Part shown: piece after piece, positions 18,788 through 27,535 of the stretch
Layout: each line of letters opens with the position of its first letter
Numbering within the stretch: position 1 is the first letter of the stretch
DNA from: an uncultured Eubacteriales bacterium
Lineage (GTDB): Bacteria > Bacillota > Clostridia > Lachnospirales > Lachnospiraceae
Assembly: GCA_900319795.1 (NCBI GenBank)
Contig: ONPU01000007.1
Coordinates: forward strand, 8,763-72,762
Direction of reading: 5' to 3'
Length of the DNA: 64,000 nucleotides
Translations under genes and position numbers: made by a program
The notes under the pieces: generated by a model
The model's database searches: none
The model's input: only the letters and a program-made list of their open reading frames with translations
What the model was told of the DNA's origin: nothing

Positions 18788-20551
18788 ATGGAACGGGAAC
18801 AGTTTCTGGAAGTATACAGACATTCCATGTCGCACATCCTGGCCAAGGCCGTGATCGAGATTTTCGGCAAGGACCAGGTTCAGTACGCGATCGGACCGCA
18901 GATCGCGGACGGATTCTACTATGACTTCATGCTGCCGCGTACAGTGGGCAAGGATGACTTCAAAACGATTGAAAATAAAATGCGCGAGATCCTGAAGCGC
19001 AAGGAAGACTGGCAGCGCATCGAAGTTTCGAAGGCCGAGGCGCTCGAAATCTTCAAGGATCAGAAATACAAGACCGAGACGATCATCGATCTTCCCGAAG
19101 ACGAGACGATTACGATCTATAAGACCGGAGATGACTTCACGGATCTCTGCCGCGGCCCGCACGTCGAGAATTCCCAGGATCTGCTTTCGGTGGCATTTCA
19201 GATCAAGTCGGTGTCCGGCTCCTATTGGAAGGGCAGCGAGAAAAATGACCAGCTTCAGAGAATCTACGTCTACGCATTTCCGACAAAGCAGGAGCTGAAG
19301 GCCCACCTCGACCTCGTCCGTGAGGCGATGGAGCGCGATCACAAGAAGCTCGGACCGCAGCTCGACCTCTTCATGTTCGATCCGACCGCTCCGGGTATGC
19401 CGTACTGGCTGCCGCGCGGCTGGAAGATGTACAATGCGCTGCTCAACTACTGGAGAGACCTGCATGAAGATCACGGCTATACGGAAATTTCCGCTCCGGT
19501 AATCAACAACAAGGAAATCTGGGAGACCTCCGGACACTGGGGCCACTATCGCCAGAACATGTTCTGCATTCAGGAAGACGGCGAGGATTACTGGGCTGTC
19601 AAGCCGATGAACTGCCCGAACGCGATCAAGGTTTATATGCATTCCCAGAAGAGCTACCGCGATCTTCCGGTCCGTCTTAACGAAGTGGATGTCATCCACA
19701 GAAAAGAAAAATCAGGCGAGCTGAACGGCCTGTTCCGCGTTCAGGAATTCCGTCAGGACGACTCCCACAACCTGATCCGTGAGGACCAGATCGAAGAGGA
19801 AATCCACGACATCATGAGCATCGCGGACGAAATCTACTCCACGCTGGGACTGACCTACCGCGCCGAACTTTCCACAAGACCCGACGATTTCATGGGTTCG
19901 CCGGAGCTCTGGGATCAGGCGGAAGATTCCCTGAAGACGATCCTCAACAAGGTCTACGGCGAAGGCAATTATGAAATCAACGAAGGTGACGGGGCATTTT
20001 ACGGACCGAAGATCGACCTTCAGATGAAGGACTGCCTCGGCCGTGAATGGCAGATGGGCACGATCCAGCTTGACTTCCAGCTGCCGCTCAACTTCGACGC
20101 GAAGTACGTCGCCCAGGACGGCACATTCCATCGCCCGGTGATGGTACACCGCGCGATCTTCGGATCCATCGAACGCTTCATCGGCATCCTGATCGAGAAC
20201 TTCAAGGGCTCCTTCCCGTTCTGGCTGAGCCCGTACCAGGTCGGCATCGTCCCGATCCGCGTCGAACACAACGACTACGCCAAGGAAGTCGCCGCCATCC
20301 TCAAGGAGAACGGCATCCGCGCGGAAGCGGACTATACGGACAACAACATGAAGGAAAAGATCAAGACCTTCAAGAACTACAAAGATCCGTACATCATCGT
20401 CCTCGGCAACCAGGAAGCCGAGAACCGTACGGTCTCCATCAACATCCGCGGCAACAAGCAGCTGAAGGATGTGCCGCTTGACACATTCGTGGCGATGTGC
20501 CGGAAGATGAATAAGGAACACTCGCTGGAGCTTATTGAGACGGTGGAGTGA
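18788..20551 (+). CDS. thrS: threonyl-tRNA synthetase (no N-terminal TGS domain)
   Basis: RHSMSH, DLCRGPHV, RDHKKLG, KPMNCP, GAFYGPKID, HRAIFGSIERF. Confidence 0.95.
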   Translation: MEREQFLEVYRHSMSHILAKAVIEIFGKDQVQYAIGPQIADGFYYDFMLPRTVGKDDFKTIENKMREILKRKEDWQRIEVSKAEALEIFKDQKYKTETIIDLPEDETITIYKTGDDFTDLCRGPHVENSQDLLSVAFQIKSVSGSYWKGSEKNDQLQRIYVYAFPTKQELKAHLDLVREAMERDHKKLGPQLDLFMFDPTAPGMPYWLPRGWKMYNALLNYWRDLHEDHGYTEISAPVINNKEIWETSGHWGHYRQNMFCIQEDGEDYWAVKPMNCPNAIKVYMHSQKSYRDLPVRLNEVDVIHRKEKSGELNGLFRVQEFRQDDSHNLIREDQIEEEIHDIMSIADEIYSTLGLTYRAELSTRPDDFMGSPELWDQAEDSLKTILNKVYGEGNYEINEGDGAFYGPKIDLQMKDCLGREWQMGTIQLDFQLPLNFDAKYVAQDGTFHRPVMVHRAIFGSIERFIGILIENFKGSFPFWLSPYQVGIVPIRVEHNDYAKEVAAILKENGIRAEADYTDNNMKEKIKTFKNYKDPYIIVLGNQEAENRTVSINIRGNKQLKDVPLDTFVAMCRKMNKEHSLELIETVE

Positions 20552-20607
20552 GGAACATGCGCCGAAATTTATAGAGGCGAATGTCTGAGAAAAGTATATT
20601 GAGGTGT

Positions 20608-20643
20608 AAAGCCGCCGCGCTTGAGGGAGCGCGGCGGTTTTTT
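20608..20643 (+). terminator. Rho-independent terminator of thrS
   Basis: AAAGCCGCCGCGCT-tgaggg-AGCGCGGCGGTTTTTT. Confidence 0.8.
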
Positions 20644-20682
20644 CGTTGGGGATTGGCTTGGGGGCGGGCGGCTAACGAATTT

Positions 20683-20983
20683 TCCGTACTGAAGGGCACA
20701 GAGCAAGATTACTACGGACTTCCCAAACGTATTTCTCCGTATTGAAAGGCTTTAAGCAAGGTTACTACGGACTTCCCAATCGTATTTCTCCGTATTGAAA
20801 GGCTTTAAGCAAGGTTACTACGGACTCCCACGTCATATTTTTCCGAACTGAAAGCCTTTAAGCAAGGTTGCTACGGACTCTCACGTCATATTTTTCCGAA
20901 CTGAAAGATCTTAAGCAAGGTTGCTACGGACTTTCCCGTCAAATTTCTCCGAACTGAAAGCCTTTAACCATGGTTACTACGGA
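20683..20983. repeat. tandem array of six 53-bp units
   Basis: Units start at 20683, 20736, 20789, 20842, 20895 and 20948; consensus TCCGWAYTGAAAGSCTTTAAGCAAGGTTRCTACGGA plus a 17-nt linker. Confidence 0.9.
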
Positions 20984-21137
20984 GCACACTAGAACGAAAG
21001 AACAATCATAAAGAATATAAGACCTCAACATCTTGTATTACTTGGATTTTTCCGATAAGATGAAAGAACTGCACGAACCGTCCGGCGTAAGGGCCGGCCT
21101 GCAGGAATACCAAACTATATGAAATGAGGATAAAACC

Positions 21138-22628
21138 ATGATCAGTCGTATGCTGATGGATGCGAGAGTACATGAAGCGGACGCGGGCGACCGTATCACC
21201 GGGATCGACCGCCCCGGCTTTCACCTGACGCCGCGAAGCGGCTGGATGAACGACCCCAACGGCTTCTGCTTCGCCGGTGGCAAATACCACATGTTCTACC
21301 AGTACTACCCCTACGCATCTCATTGGGATTCCATGCACTGGGGCCATGCGGTCAGCGAGGACCTGCTGCACTGGGAGTATCTGCCCTGCGCGCTGGCGCC
21401 GGACCGCTATTATGATCAGGACGGCGTCTATTCCGGCAGCGCGATCATGATGCCGGACAGCCGGATGATGCTGATCTACACGGGCCGGCGCATTGACAGG
21501 GAAAGGGGCCGCGCCCCGAAAGAAAGGCAGGTGCAGTGCCTGGCCTTCGGTGACGGCGTCGATTTTGAAAAATACGAGGGAAATCCCGTCATTACGGCCA
21601 ATCATTTGCCGGCATTCGCAAGCCCGCAGGACTTCCGCGACCCGAAGATTTTCCGCCTGGCGGACGGCACCTACAGCTGCATTACCGGCAGCAAGACGGA
21701 AGAAGGGGACGGGCAGGTGCTTTATTTTTCAAGTCCTGATGCGCTGCATTGGAAATTCGAAAAGATTCTTGTGGAAAATAAAGGCCGCTTCGGTCGCATG
21801 TGGGAATGCCCCGACTTCTTCCCATTGGATGGAAAATGGGTTCTCCTCACCAGCCCCCAGGACATGCTCCCGCAGGGGCTCGAATACCACAGCGGAAATG
21901 GCACCCTCGCCCTCATCGGTGACTACGATGAGCAGAAAATTGATTTCCGGGATGAGTTCAACCAGTCAGTCGACTACGGCATGGATTTCTATGCACCGCA
22001 GACCGTCCTGACCGGCGACGGCCGCCGCGTGATGATCGGCTGGATGCAAAACTGGGATGCTGTCGCGATTCGCGAACCGGAGGCGCCGTGGGCCGGCCAG
22101 ATGAGCCTTCCGCGCGAGCTGCATATTGTCAATGGCCGCCTGAATCAGTGGCCGATCCGCGAATTTGACGAACTGCGTAAAAACCGTGTGGAATATAAAA
22201 ATGTCCCGGTCGGCAAGGACAAGCTCTATCTCGACGGCATGTCCGGCCGCATGGTCGACATGGAACTTGTGATTCGTCCGAAGGATCCTGAAAAATCCTA
22301 TTCCAAATTCGTGATTCGTTTTGCGGAAGATGGTGAAACCTACACTTCAATCCGCTTCCGTCCTCATGAGTCAACCCTCAAGATCGACCGCAAATTCTCC
22401 GGCTCCCGCCGGGCGATCGTTCACCAGAGACGCTGCCTCGTCGAGAGCGCGGAAGACGAGCTCCGCCTTCGCATCATCCTCGACCGCTTCAGCTGCGAAG
22501 TCTTCATTAACGGCGGCGAGAAAGTCATGACAGCAACGTTCTTCACAGACATGTACGCCGACAAGATCTCTTTCCGGGCGGACGGAGATGTAGTAATTGA
22601 TGTGGTGAAGTACGATATCGTTCCGTGA
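21138..22628 (+). CDS. GH32 sucrose-6-phosphate hydrolase / beta-fructofuranosidase
   Basis: WMNDPNG, FRDP and WECP catalytic motifs. Confidence 0.9.
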   Translation: MISRMLMDARVHEADAGDRITGIDRPGFHLTPRSGWMNDPNGFCFAGGKYHMFYQYYPYASHWDSMHWGHAVSEDLLHWEYLPCALAPDRYYDQDGVYSGSAIMMPDSRMMLIYTGRRIDRERGRAPKERQVQCLAFGDGVDFEKYEGNPVITANHLPAFASPQDFRDPKIFRLADGTYSCITGSKTEEGDGQVLYFSSPDALHWKFEKILVENKGRFGRMWECPDFFPLDGKWVLLTSPQDMLPQGLEYHSGNGTLALIGDYDEQKIDFRDEFNQSVDYGMDFYAPQTVLTGDGRRVMIGWMQNWDAVAIREPEAPWAGQMSLPRELHIVNGRLNQWPIREFDELRKNRVEYKNVPVGKDKLYLDGMSGRMVDMELVIRPKDPEKSYSKFVIRFAEDGETYTSIRFRPHESTLKIDRKFSGSRRAIVHQRRCLVESAEDELRLRIILDRFSCEVFINGGEKVMTATFFTDMYADKISFRADGDVVIDVVKYDIVP

Positions 22629-22632
22629 ATTG

Positions 22633-22676
22633 AAAGATGACCCGCCTTTTCTTCAGAAGGCGGGTCATCTTTTTTG
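22633..22676 (+). terminator. Rho-independent terminator
   Basis: AAAGATGACCCGCCTT...AAGGCGGGTCATCTTTTTT. Confidence 0.85.
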
Positions 22677-22764
22677 AAGAAAGTTCTAACTCGTTTCATT
22701 TTCAGTATAAGACAAAAAAAGGCGGGCTCTGTGGACCGCCTCGTGTTTCATTTTCAATATTCAA

Positions 22765-23016
22765 TTATTTCAGAAGGTGAGAAGCAATCCAGCAGCCGTC
22801 ATCGATCTGTGTCCAGTAATAGCCGTCATCTTCGTTGAAGACCTTGCGGACTGTATCAACATAGCAGCCGTTTCTCAGGGTGTATTCCTTGGAGAAGCCT
22901 GTTCCCGGGCCGGAGCGAACGTTGACATAATTCGCGGAGTCATTTGCTACTCTTCTTAATTTGCCGCCAGCTACCTCTTCAAGAGCTTCATCATTGATTT
23001 TATTCATTTCACTCAT
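22765..23016 (-). CDS. small SH3b-domain protein with a double-glycine-type leader
   Basis: MSEMNKINDEALEEVAGG leader, then VNVRSGPG...WTQI..GCWIASHLL; AGGAG RBS. Confidence 0.8.
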   Translation of the reverse strand: MSEMNKINDEALEEVAGGKLRRVANDSANYVNVRSGPGTGFSKEYTLRNGCYVDTVRKVFNEDDGYYWTQIDDGCWIASHLLK

Positions 23017-23121
23017 TGTTTTTTCTCCTTTTTGTTTTCCTGTTCGGAAGTGTGTTTGTTTTTGATGTGTTCACTTTATCACATGAAGAATCACAGAAAC
23101 AGCACACTTCATTTTTCAATA

Positions 23122-23517
23122 CTATAACAGATCAGCCAGCGTTTTGCCATAGAAGAAATCGTGAACGACCTTGTCGTATTCCTCCCACATCGGGAGGGTG
23201 TGGCAGGCGGACTGCCGCGGGCATTCATTGTTCTTGCCGGCGAGGCAGGCTACCGGTGAAAGAGAGCCTTCCATCAATTCGAGCACTTCGCCGATTTTGT
23301 ATTCCTCGGGCTTTCTGCTCAGCTTGTAGCCGCCGCCCTTGCCGCTGGCCCCCTTGAGGAGTCCGGAGGTGACGAGATCTTTGACGATAATTTCGAGATA
23401 CTTTTTGGAAAGCTCCTGTCTGGCGGCGATGTCCTTTAAAGGGATATAGTTGCCGTGATCATTTTGAGCCAAATCAATCATTACGCGGATCGCATACCGA
23501 CCTTTTGTGGAAATCAT
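23122..23517 (-). CDS. Rrf2 family transcriptional regulator (IscR/CymR-like)
   Basis: MISTKGRYA, KYLEII, GKGGGYKL, three C-terminal Cys; divergent from iscS. Confidence 0.9.
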   Translation of the reverse strand: MISTKGRYAIRVMIDLAQNDHGNYIPLKDIAARQELSKKYLEIIVKDLVTSGLLKGASGKGGGYKLSRKPEEYKIGEVLELMEGSLSPVACLAGKNNECPRQSACHTLPMWEEYDKVVHDFFYGKTLADLL

Positions 23518-23543
23518 TTCCGTACCGCCTTTCCTGTTTTTTG

Positions 23544-23560
23544 CCTATTATATCACTAGG
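23544..23560. promoter_or_regulatory. putative Rrf2 operator 1, overlapping the rrf2 -10
   Basis: CCTATT-atatc-ACTAGG; minus-strand TTCCAA-N17-TATAAT promoter. Confidence 0.55.
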
Positions 23561-23616
23561 CGACTTACTTTGGAAGAGGGTGGGGGCTTGGAAATCTACT
23601 GTGATTCGACTTTTCA

Positions 23617-23649
23617 CCTATTGACCAACTAGGCATATAGATTTATAAT
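23617..23649 (+). promoter_or_regulatory. iscS promoter with putative Rrf2 operator 2 over the -35
   Basis: TTGACC-N17-TATAAT (23621-23649); CCTATT-gacca-ACTAGG at 23617-23633. Confidence 0.65.
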
Positions 23650-23668
23650 GATGCAAAAGGCACGGGAG

Positions 23669-23730
23669 TGCACCAACGGGGTCTGGGACCACTGTCTTAT
23701 AAGACACCGGGGACAGTCCCTGCTGTCTTA
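23669..23730. repeat. B/A chimeric element (23669-23699) plus family A element (23700-23730)
   Basis: TGCACCA-ACG-GGGTC-T-GGGAC-CAC-TGTCTTA directly followed by TAAGACA...TGTCTTA. Confidence 0.85.
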
Positions 23731-23756
23731 CTTTATAACCGGAGAGGAGAAAAAAC

Positions 23757-24944
23757 GTGATTTACGCTGATAACGCAGCTACTACCAAGATGAGTGCTTC
23801 CGCAATCGAAACCATGACAAAAATTGTGGAAGAGACCTGGGGAAACCCGTCGAGCCTTTACAGTGTCGGGCAGAGGGCGAAGGAAGTTCTCGAAGAAGCA
23901 AGGGAGGACGTAGCCAAGATCATCGGGGCGGAGCCCCGGGAGATTATATTTACCTCGGGAGGAAGCGAAGCTGACAACCAGGCGATCCGTTCCGCGGCGG
24001 AGATCGGGCGGAAAAAGGGGAAGACGCATATCATTTCCACGAAATTTGAGCATCATGCGGTGCTCCATACGCTGGAGCGGCTGCGGAAGGAGGGCTTCGA
24101 TATTACCCTTCTCGATGTGCATGAAAACGGGCTGGTCGTGCCGGAGGAGGTCGCGGCGGCCATTCGCGACGACACCTGCCTGGTGACGATCATGTTTGCG
24201 AACAATGAGATCGGGACGATTCAGCCGATTCGGAAAATCGGTGAGATTTGCCGGGGGAAGGGAGTCATTTTCCATACGGACGCGGTGCAGGCGATCGCGC
24301 ATGTCCCGATCAATGTCAAGGAAGACAATATCGACATGCTGTCCGCTTCCGCCCACAAATTCCACGGGCCGAAGGGCGTCGGTTTTCTGTATGTGAAAAA
24401 TGGCATCCCTCTCACCAACCTCATCGAAGGCGGCGCGCAGGAGCGCGGCAAGCGTGCCGGCACGGAAAATGTCCCGGCCATCGCGGCCATGGCGACGGCC
24501 CTGAAGGAAGCTTTTTGCAAGATGACGGATAATAACGCGCGCCTGACAGCGGCCCGCGACCGCATCATCGCCGGGCTGTCCGAGATTCCGCATTCGGCGC
24601 TCAACGGGGACAGCATTTCCAGGCTTCCCGGGAATGTGAATTTCTGCTTCGAGGGCATCGAAGGCGAGTCGCTGCTGCTCCTTCTCGACGACAAGGGCAT
24701 TCAGGCTTCGTCGGGCAGCGCCTGCACATCCGGCTCGCTCGACCCGAGCCACGTGCTGCTTGCGATCGGGCGCGTGCATGACGTCGCCCACGGCTCGCTG
24801 CGGCTCAGCCTCGGTGAAGACATCACCGACGAGGAGGTCGAATATATCATCAAGTCGGTCCGGGAGGTCGTGGAGCACCTGCGGAGCTTTTCGCCGGTGT
24901 GGCGGGACCTTTGCGCCGGAAAGTCGGAGTTCATACTGCCGTGA
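23757..24944 (+). CDS. iscS: cysteine desulfurase NifS/IscS
   Basis: YADNAATT, SAHKFHGPKG, SSGSACTSGSLDPSHVL. Confidence 0.92.
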   Translation: MIYADNAATTKMSASAIETMTKIVEETWGNPSSLYSVGQRAKEVLEEAREDVAKIIGAEPREIIFTSGGSEADNQAIRSAAEIGRKKGKTHIISTKFEHHAVLHTLERLRKEGFDITLLDVHENGLVVPEEVAAAIRDDTCLVTIMFANNEIGTIQPIRKIGEICRGKGVIFHTDAVQAIAHVPINVKEDNIDMLSASAHKFHGPKGVGFLYVKNGIPLTNLIEGGAQERGKRAGTENVPAIAAMATALKEAFCKMTDNNARLTAARDRIIAGLSEIPHSALNGDSISRLPGNVNFCFEGIEGESLLLLLDDKGIQASSGSACTSGSLDPSHVLLAIGRVHDVAHGSLRLSLGEDITDEEVEYIIKSVREVVEHLRSFSPVWRDLCAGKSEFILP

Positions 24945-24945
24945 G

Positions 24946-25010
24946 CGTACCAAAGGTGCCAGGCCCCGGTGGTGCAAAGCGTACCAAAGGTGCCAGACCC
25001 CGGTGGTGCA
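24946..25010. repeat. two tandem family B elements (34-bp period)
   Basis: CGTACCA-AAG-GTGCC-A-GRCCC-CGG-TGGTGCA x2. Confidence 0.9.
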
Positions 25011-25035
25011 GATATAAAACAGGAGGAAAATTGAG

Positions 25036-25416
25036 ATGGCATTATACAGTGAAAAAGTGATGGATCATTTCCGCAACCCGCGCAATGTGGGCGTGATTGA
25101 AGACGCCGACGGAGTCGGAGAAGTCGGCAACGCGAAATGCGGCGATATTATGAAGATGTATCTGAAAATTGAAGATGATATGATCAAGGACGTGAAGTTC
25201 GAGACGTTCGGCTGCGGGAGCGCAATCGCTTCCAGCTCGATGGCGACGGAGCTGATTAAGGGAAAGCCTGTTGCCGACGCTATGAATCTGACAAATGAAG
25301 CCGTCGCGGAAGCCCTCGACGGACTGCCGGGCTACAAAATGCACTGTTCGCTTCTGGCGGAGCAGGCGATCCATGCGGCTCTGGACGATTATAAAAAACG
25401 AAATGAAGCAAAGTAA
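25036..25416 (+). CDS. iscU: Fe-S scaffold NifU/IscU
   Basis: YSEKVMDHFRNPRNVG, CGD, FGCGSAIASSS, KMHC. Confidence 0.92.
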   Translation: MALYSEKVMDHFRNPRNVGVIEDADGVGEVGNAKCGDIMKMYLKIEDDMIKDVKFETFGCGSAIASSSMATELIKGKPVADAMNLTNEAVAEALDGLPGYKMHCSLLAEQAIHAALDDYKKRNEAK

Positions 25417-25440
25417 AATGCTGCAAATGAAGCGAACGCA

Positions 25441-25953
25441 TTAACCCTTCTTTTTTCGGAGCTCGCGGAAGAAGTTCGTCATCAGGGCGGAGCATTCTTC
25501 CGTAAGGATGCCGTCCGTGAGTTCGACCTGATGATTGAAGCCGGCGACGTGCAGGATGTCGATGACAGACCCTGCGCTGCCGGCTTTCGGATTGCGTGCC
25601 CCTATGACGCAGCGCGGGATCCGCGCCTGGACAATCGCGCCGGCGCACATCGGGCAGGGCTCGAGGGTGACGTAGATCGTGCAGCCTTCGAGGCGCCAGT
25701 CGCCCATTTTTTTCGCGGCGCGGCGGATGGCGATGAGCTCCGCGTGCGCGAGCGTGCTGCCTTCGGTGTTGCGGCGGTTGTAGCCGCGGGCGATGACATT
25801 TCCCTCATATACAATGACGCAGCCGATCGGCGTTTCATCAATCGCCGCGGCTTTTTTTGCCTGCCTTAAGGCCTCGCGCATGAACTTTTCGTCTGTCTGT
25901 TTCTGTGCGTTCGATGATTCGTTCATAAAGATTTCACTGTCGGTGTGCTTCAT
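25441..25953 (-). CDS. tadA: tRNA adenosine(34) deaminase
   Basis: AHAE, TLEPCPMCAGA, FFRELR; exact start uncertain. Confidence 0.9.
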   Translation of the reverse strand: MKHTDSEIFMNESSNAQKQTDEKFMREALRQAKKAAAIDETPIGCVIVYEGNVIARGYNRRNTEGSTLAHAELIAIRRAAKKMGDWRLEGCTIYVTLEPCPMCAGAIVQARIPRCVIGARNPKAGSAGSVIDILHVAGFNHQVELTDGILTEECSALMTNFFRELRKKKG

Positions 25954-26029
25954 TTTGAATACCCCGGGTGGTATAATTTTGAAATGCGGTTGGGCTGCAT
26001 TTGCAAATACATTTTTAAAGGAGACCAAG

Positions 26030-26698
26030 ATGCCCGAATTATCCGGCACCCAGAATTATACAGTAGAATTCAACGATTTTACAATGACGGGGAATTCCGA
26101 TTCGGAAAATGATTCCTCCACCATCTACGGCCCGCACCTCGCGGAAATGCGGCGGATCCTTCGGGAAGTCGTCGATGAGATCACCAGCGTCCGGGCGGCT
26201 TTGAAGGATGAATTCGGCCAGGATCCCGTCGATCACTGCCTCGCGCGCATCAAATCGGACGAGAGCATGCGGGAAAAGCTGCGCCGGAAGGGCCTCGCCG
26301 AAACGGCCGACAACGCGCTTTTTGAGATCAAGGACGCCATCGGCGTGCGGATTGTCTGCAGTTTTCTGAACGATGTTTACACCATCCGCGACCGGATCGA
26401 GGCGCTCTCCGACATTGTCGTGACGGAGGAGAAGGACTACATCCGCCATTCGAAGAGCAACGGATACAGGAGCGACCACCTGATCGTCCGGGTCCGCGGA
26501 AAATATTTCGTCGAAATGCAGCTGCGGACGATTTCCATGGACACGTGGGCGGCGTTGGAGCACCAGATGCGCTATAAAAAGAAGCGCACGGACAATGACA
26601 CCCTCATTCGCGCGGAGCTGAAGCGCTGCGCGGACGAACTCGCGTCCACGGACGTTTCGATGCAGACGATCCGCGACATGATCATGATGGACCTGTGA
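26030..26698 (+). CDS. small alarmone synthetase-like RelA/SpoT domain protein
   Basis: ARIKSDES..EKL.RK, DAIGVRIVC, KDYI..KSNGYRSDH, EMQLRT, WAALEH; AAGGAG RBS. Confidence 0.8.
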   Translation: MPELSGTQNYTVEFNDFTMTGNSDSENDSSTIYGPHLAEMRRILREVVDEITSVRAALKDEFGQDPVDHCLARIKSDESMREKLRRKGLAETADNALFEIKDAIGVRIVCSFLNDVYTIRDRIEALSDIVVTEEKDYIRHSKSNGYRSDHLIVRVRGKYFVEMQLRTISMDTWAALEHQMRYKKKRTDNDTLIRAELKRCADELASTDVSMQTIRDMIMMDL

Positions 26699-26708
26699 TG
26701 TTGAAGTG

Positions 26709-26770
26709 CAAGACAGTGGGGACAGTCCCCACTGTCTTATAAGACACCGGGGACAGTCCCCGCTGTCTTG
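26709..26770. repeat. family A tandem doublet
   Basis: CAAGACA..TGTCTTA abutting TAAGACA..TGTCTTG. Confidence 0.9.
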
Positions 26771-26800
26771 GCCTATATACAAACCAGAGGAAATATATAT

Positions 26801-27469
26801 ATGAAAATTTTACTAGCTGAAGATACGCGCGACATGAACCGCGCGATCAGCACCATTTTGACACTTGAAAAATATGACGTGGAATCCGTATTCGACGGCG
26901 CGGAGGCGCTGGAGCGCCTGAAGAAGGACAGCTTCGACGGCATCATCCTCGACATCATGATGCCGAAGATGGACGGCCTTCAGGTTCTGAAAGCGATCCG
27001 AAGCAGCGGCATTCTGACGCCGGTCCTGCTCCTCACCGCGAAGGCTGAAATCGACGACCGCGTGACGGGCCTTGACGCCGGCGCGGATGACTATCTGACG
27101 AAGCCGTTCGCGATGAAGGAACTTCTGGCGCGCGTCCGCTCCATGACGCGGCGGCACACGGAATACAGCGGCCGGGAGCTGAAATACGGCGACATCGTGC
27201 TCAACGCCGCGAACTTCGAACTCGCGGGGATCAACTCCGTCCGCCTTTCGATTAAAGAATTCGAGCTGATGCAGACGCTGATGCTGAACGCGGAGCGGCC
27301 GCTCGACACGCGCTACATTCTCGAGCACGTCTGGGCCAACGAGCCCGAAGCCCGGCCCGATACCGTGTGGCTCTATATTTCGTACCTGAAGGGCAAGCTC
27401 CGCTCGGTGGATTCGCGCCTCAGCATTGAAGGCGAGCGGGGCGGCAGCTTCCGACTCATTAAAGCCTGA
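26801..27469 (+). CDS. OmpR-family response regulator
   Basis: LLAED, LDIMMP, GADDYLTKPF, winged-helix C-terminus. Confidence 0.9.
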   Translation: MKILLAEDTRDMNRAISTILTLEKYDVESVFDGAEALERLKKDSFDGIILDIMMPKMDGLQVLKAIRSSGILTPVLLLTAKAEIDDRVTGLDAGADDYLTKPFAMKELLARVRSMTRRHTEYSGRELKYGDIVLNAANFELAGINSVRLSIKEFELMQTLMLNAERPLDTRYILEHVWANEPEARPDTVWLYISYLKGKLRSVDSRLSIEGERGGSFRLIKA

Positions 27470-27535
27470 TTTCCGTCATTTCATTTTGAAAATGAAACCC
27501 GCACCCGGCGAAAGCAGAACGCATAAAGGAGAGCT

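Noticed and set aside
20683-20983. CRISPR or TIGR array
   Set aside because: The 17-nt linkers are homologous to each other, variation is scattered through the unit, and no cas/tas gene is nearby.
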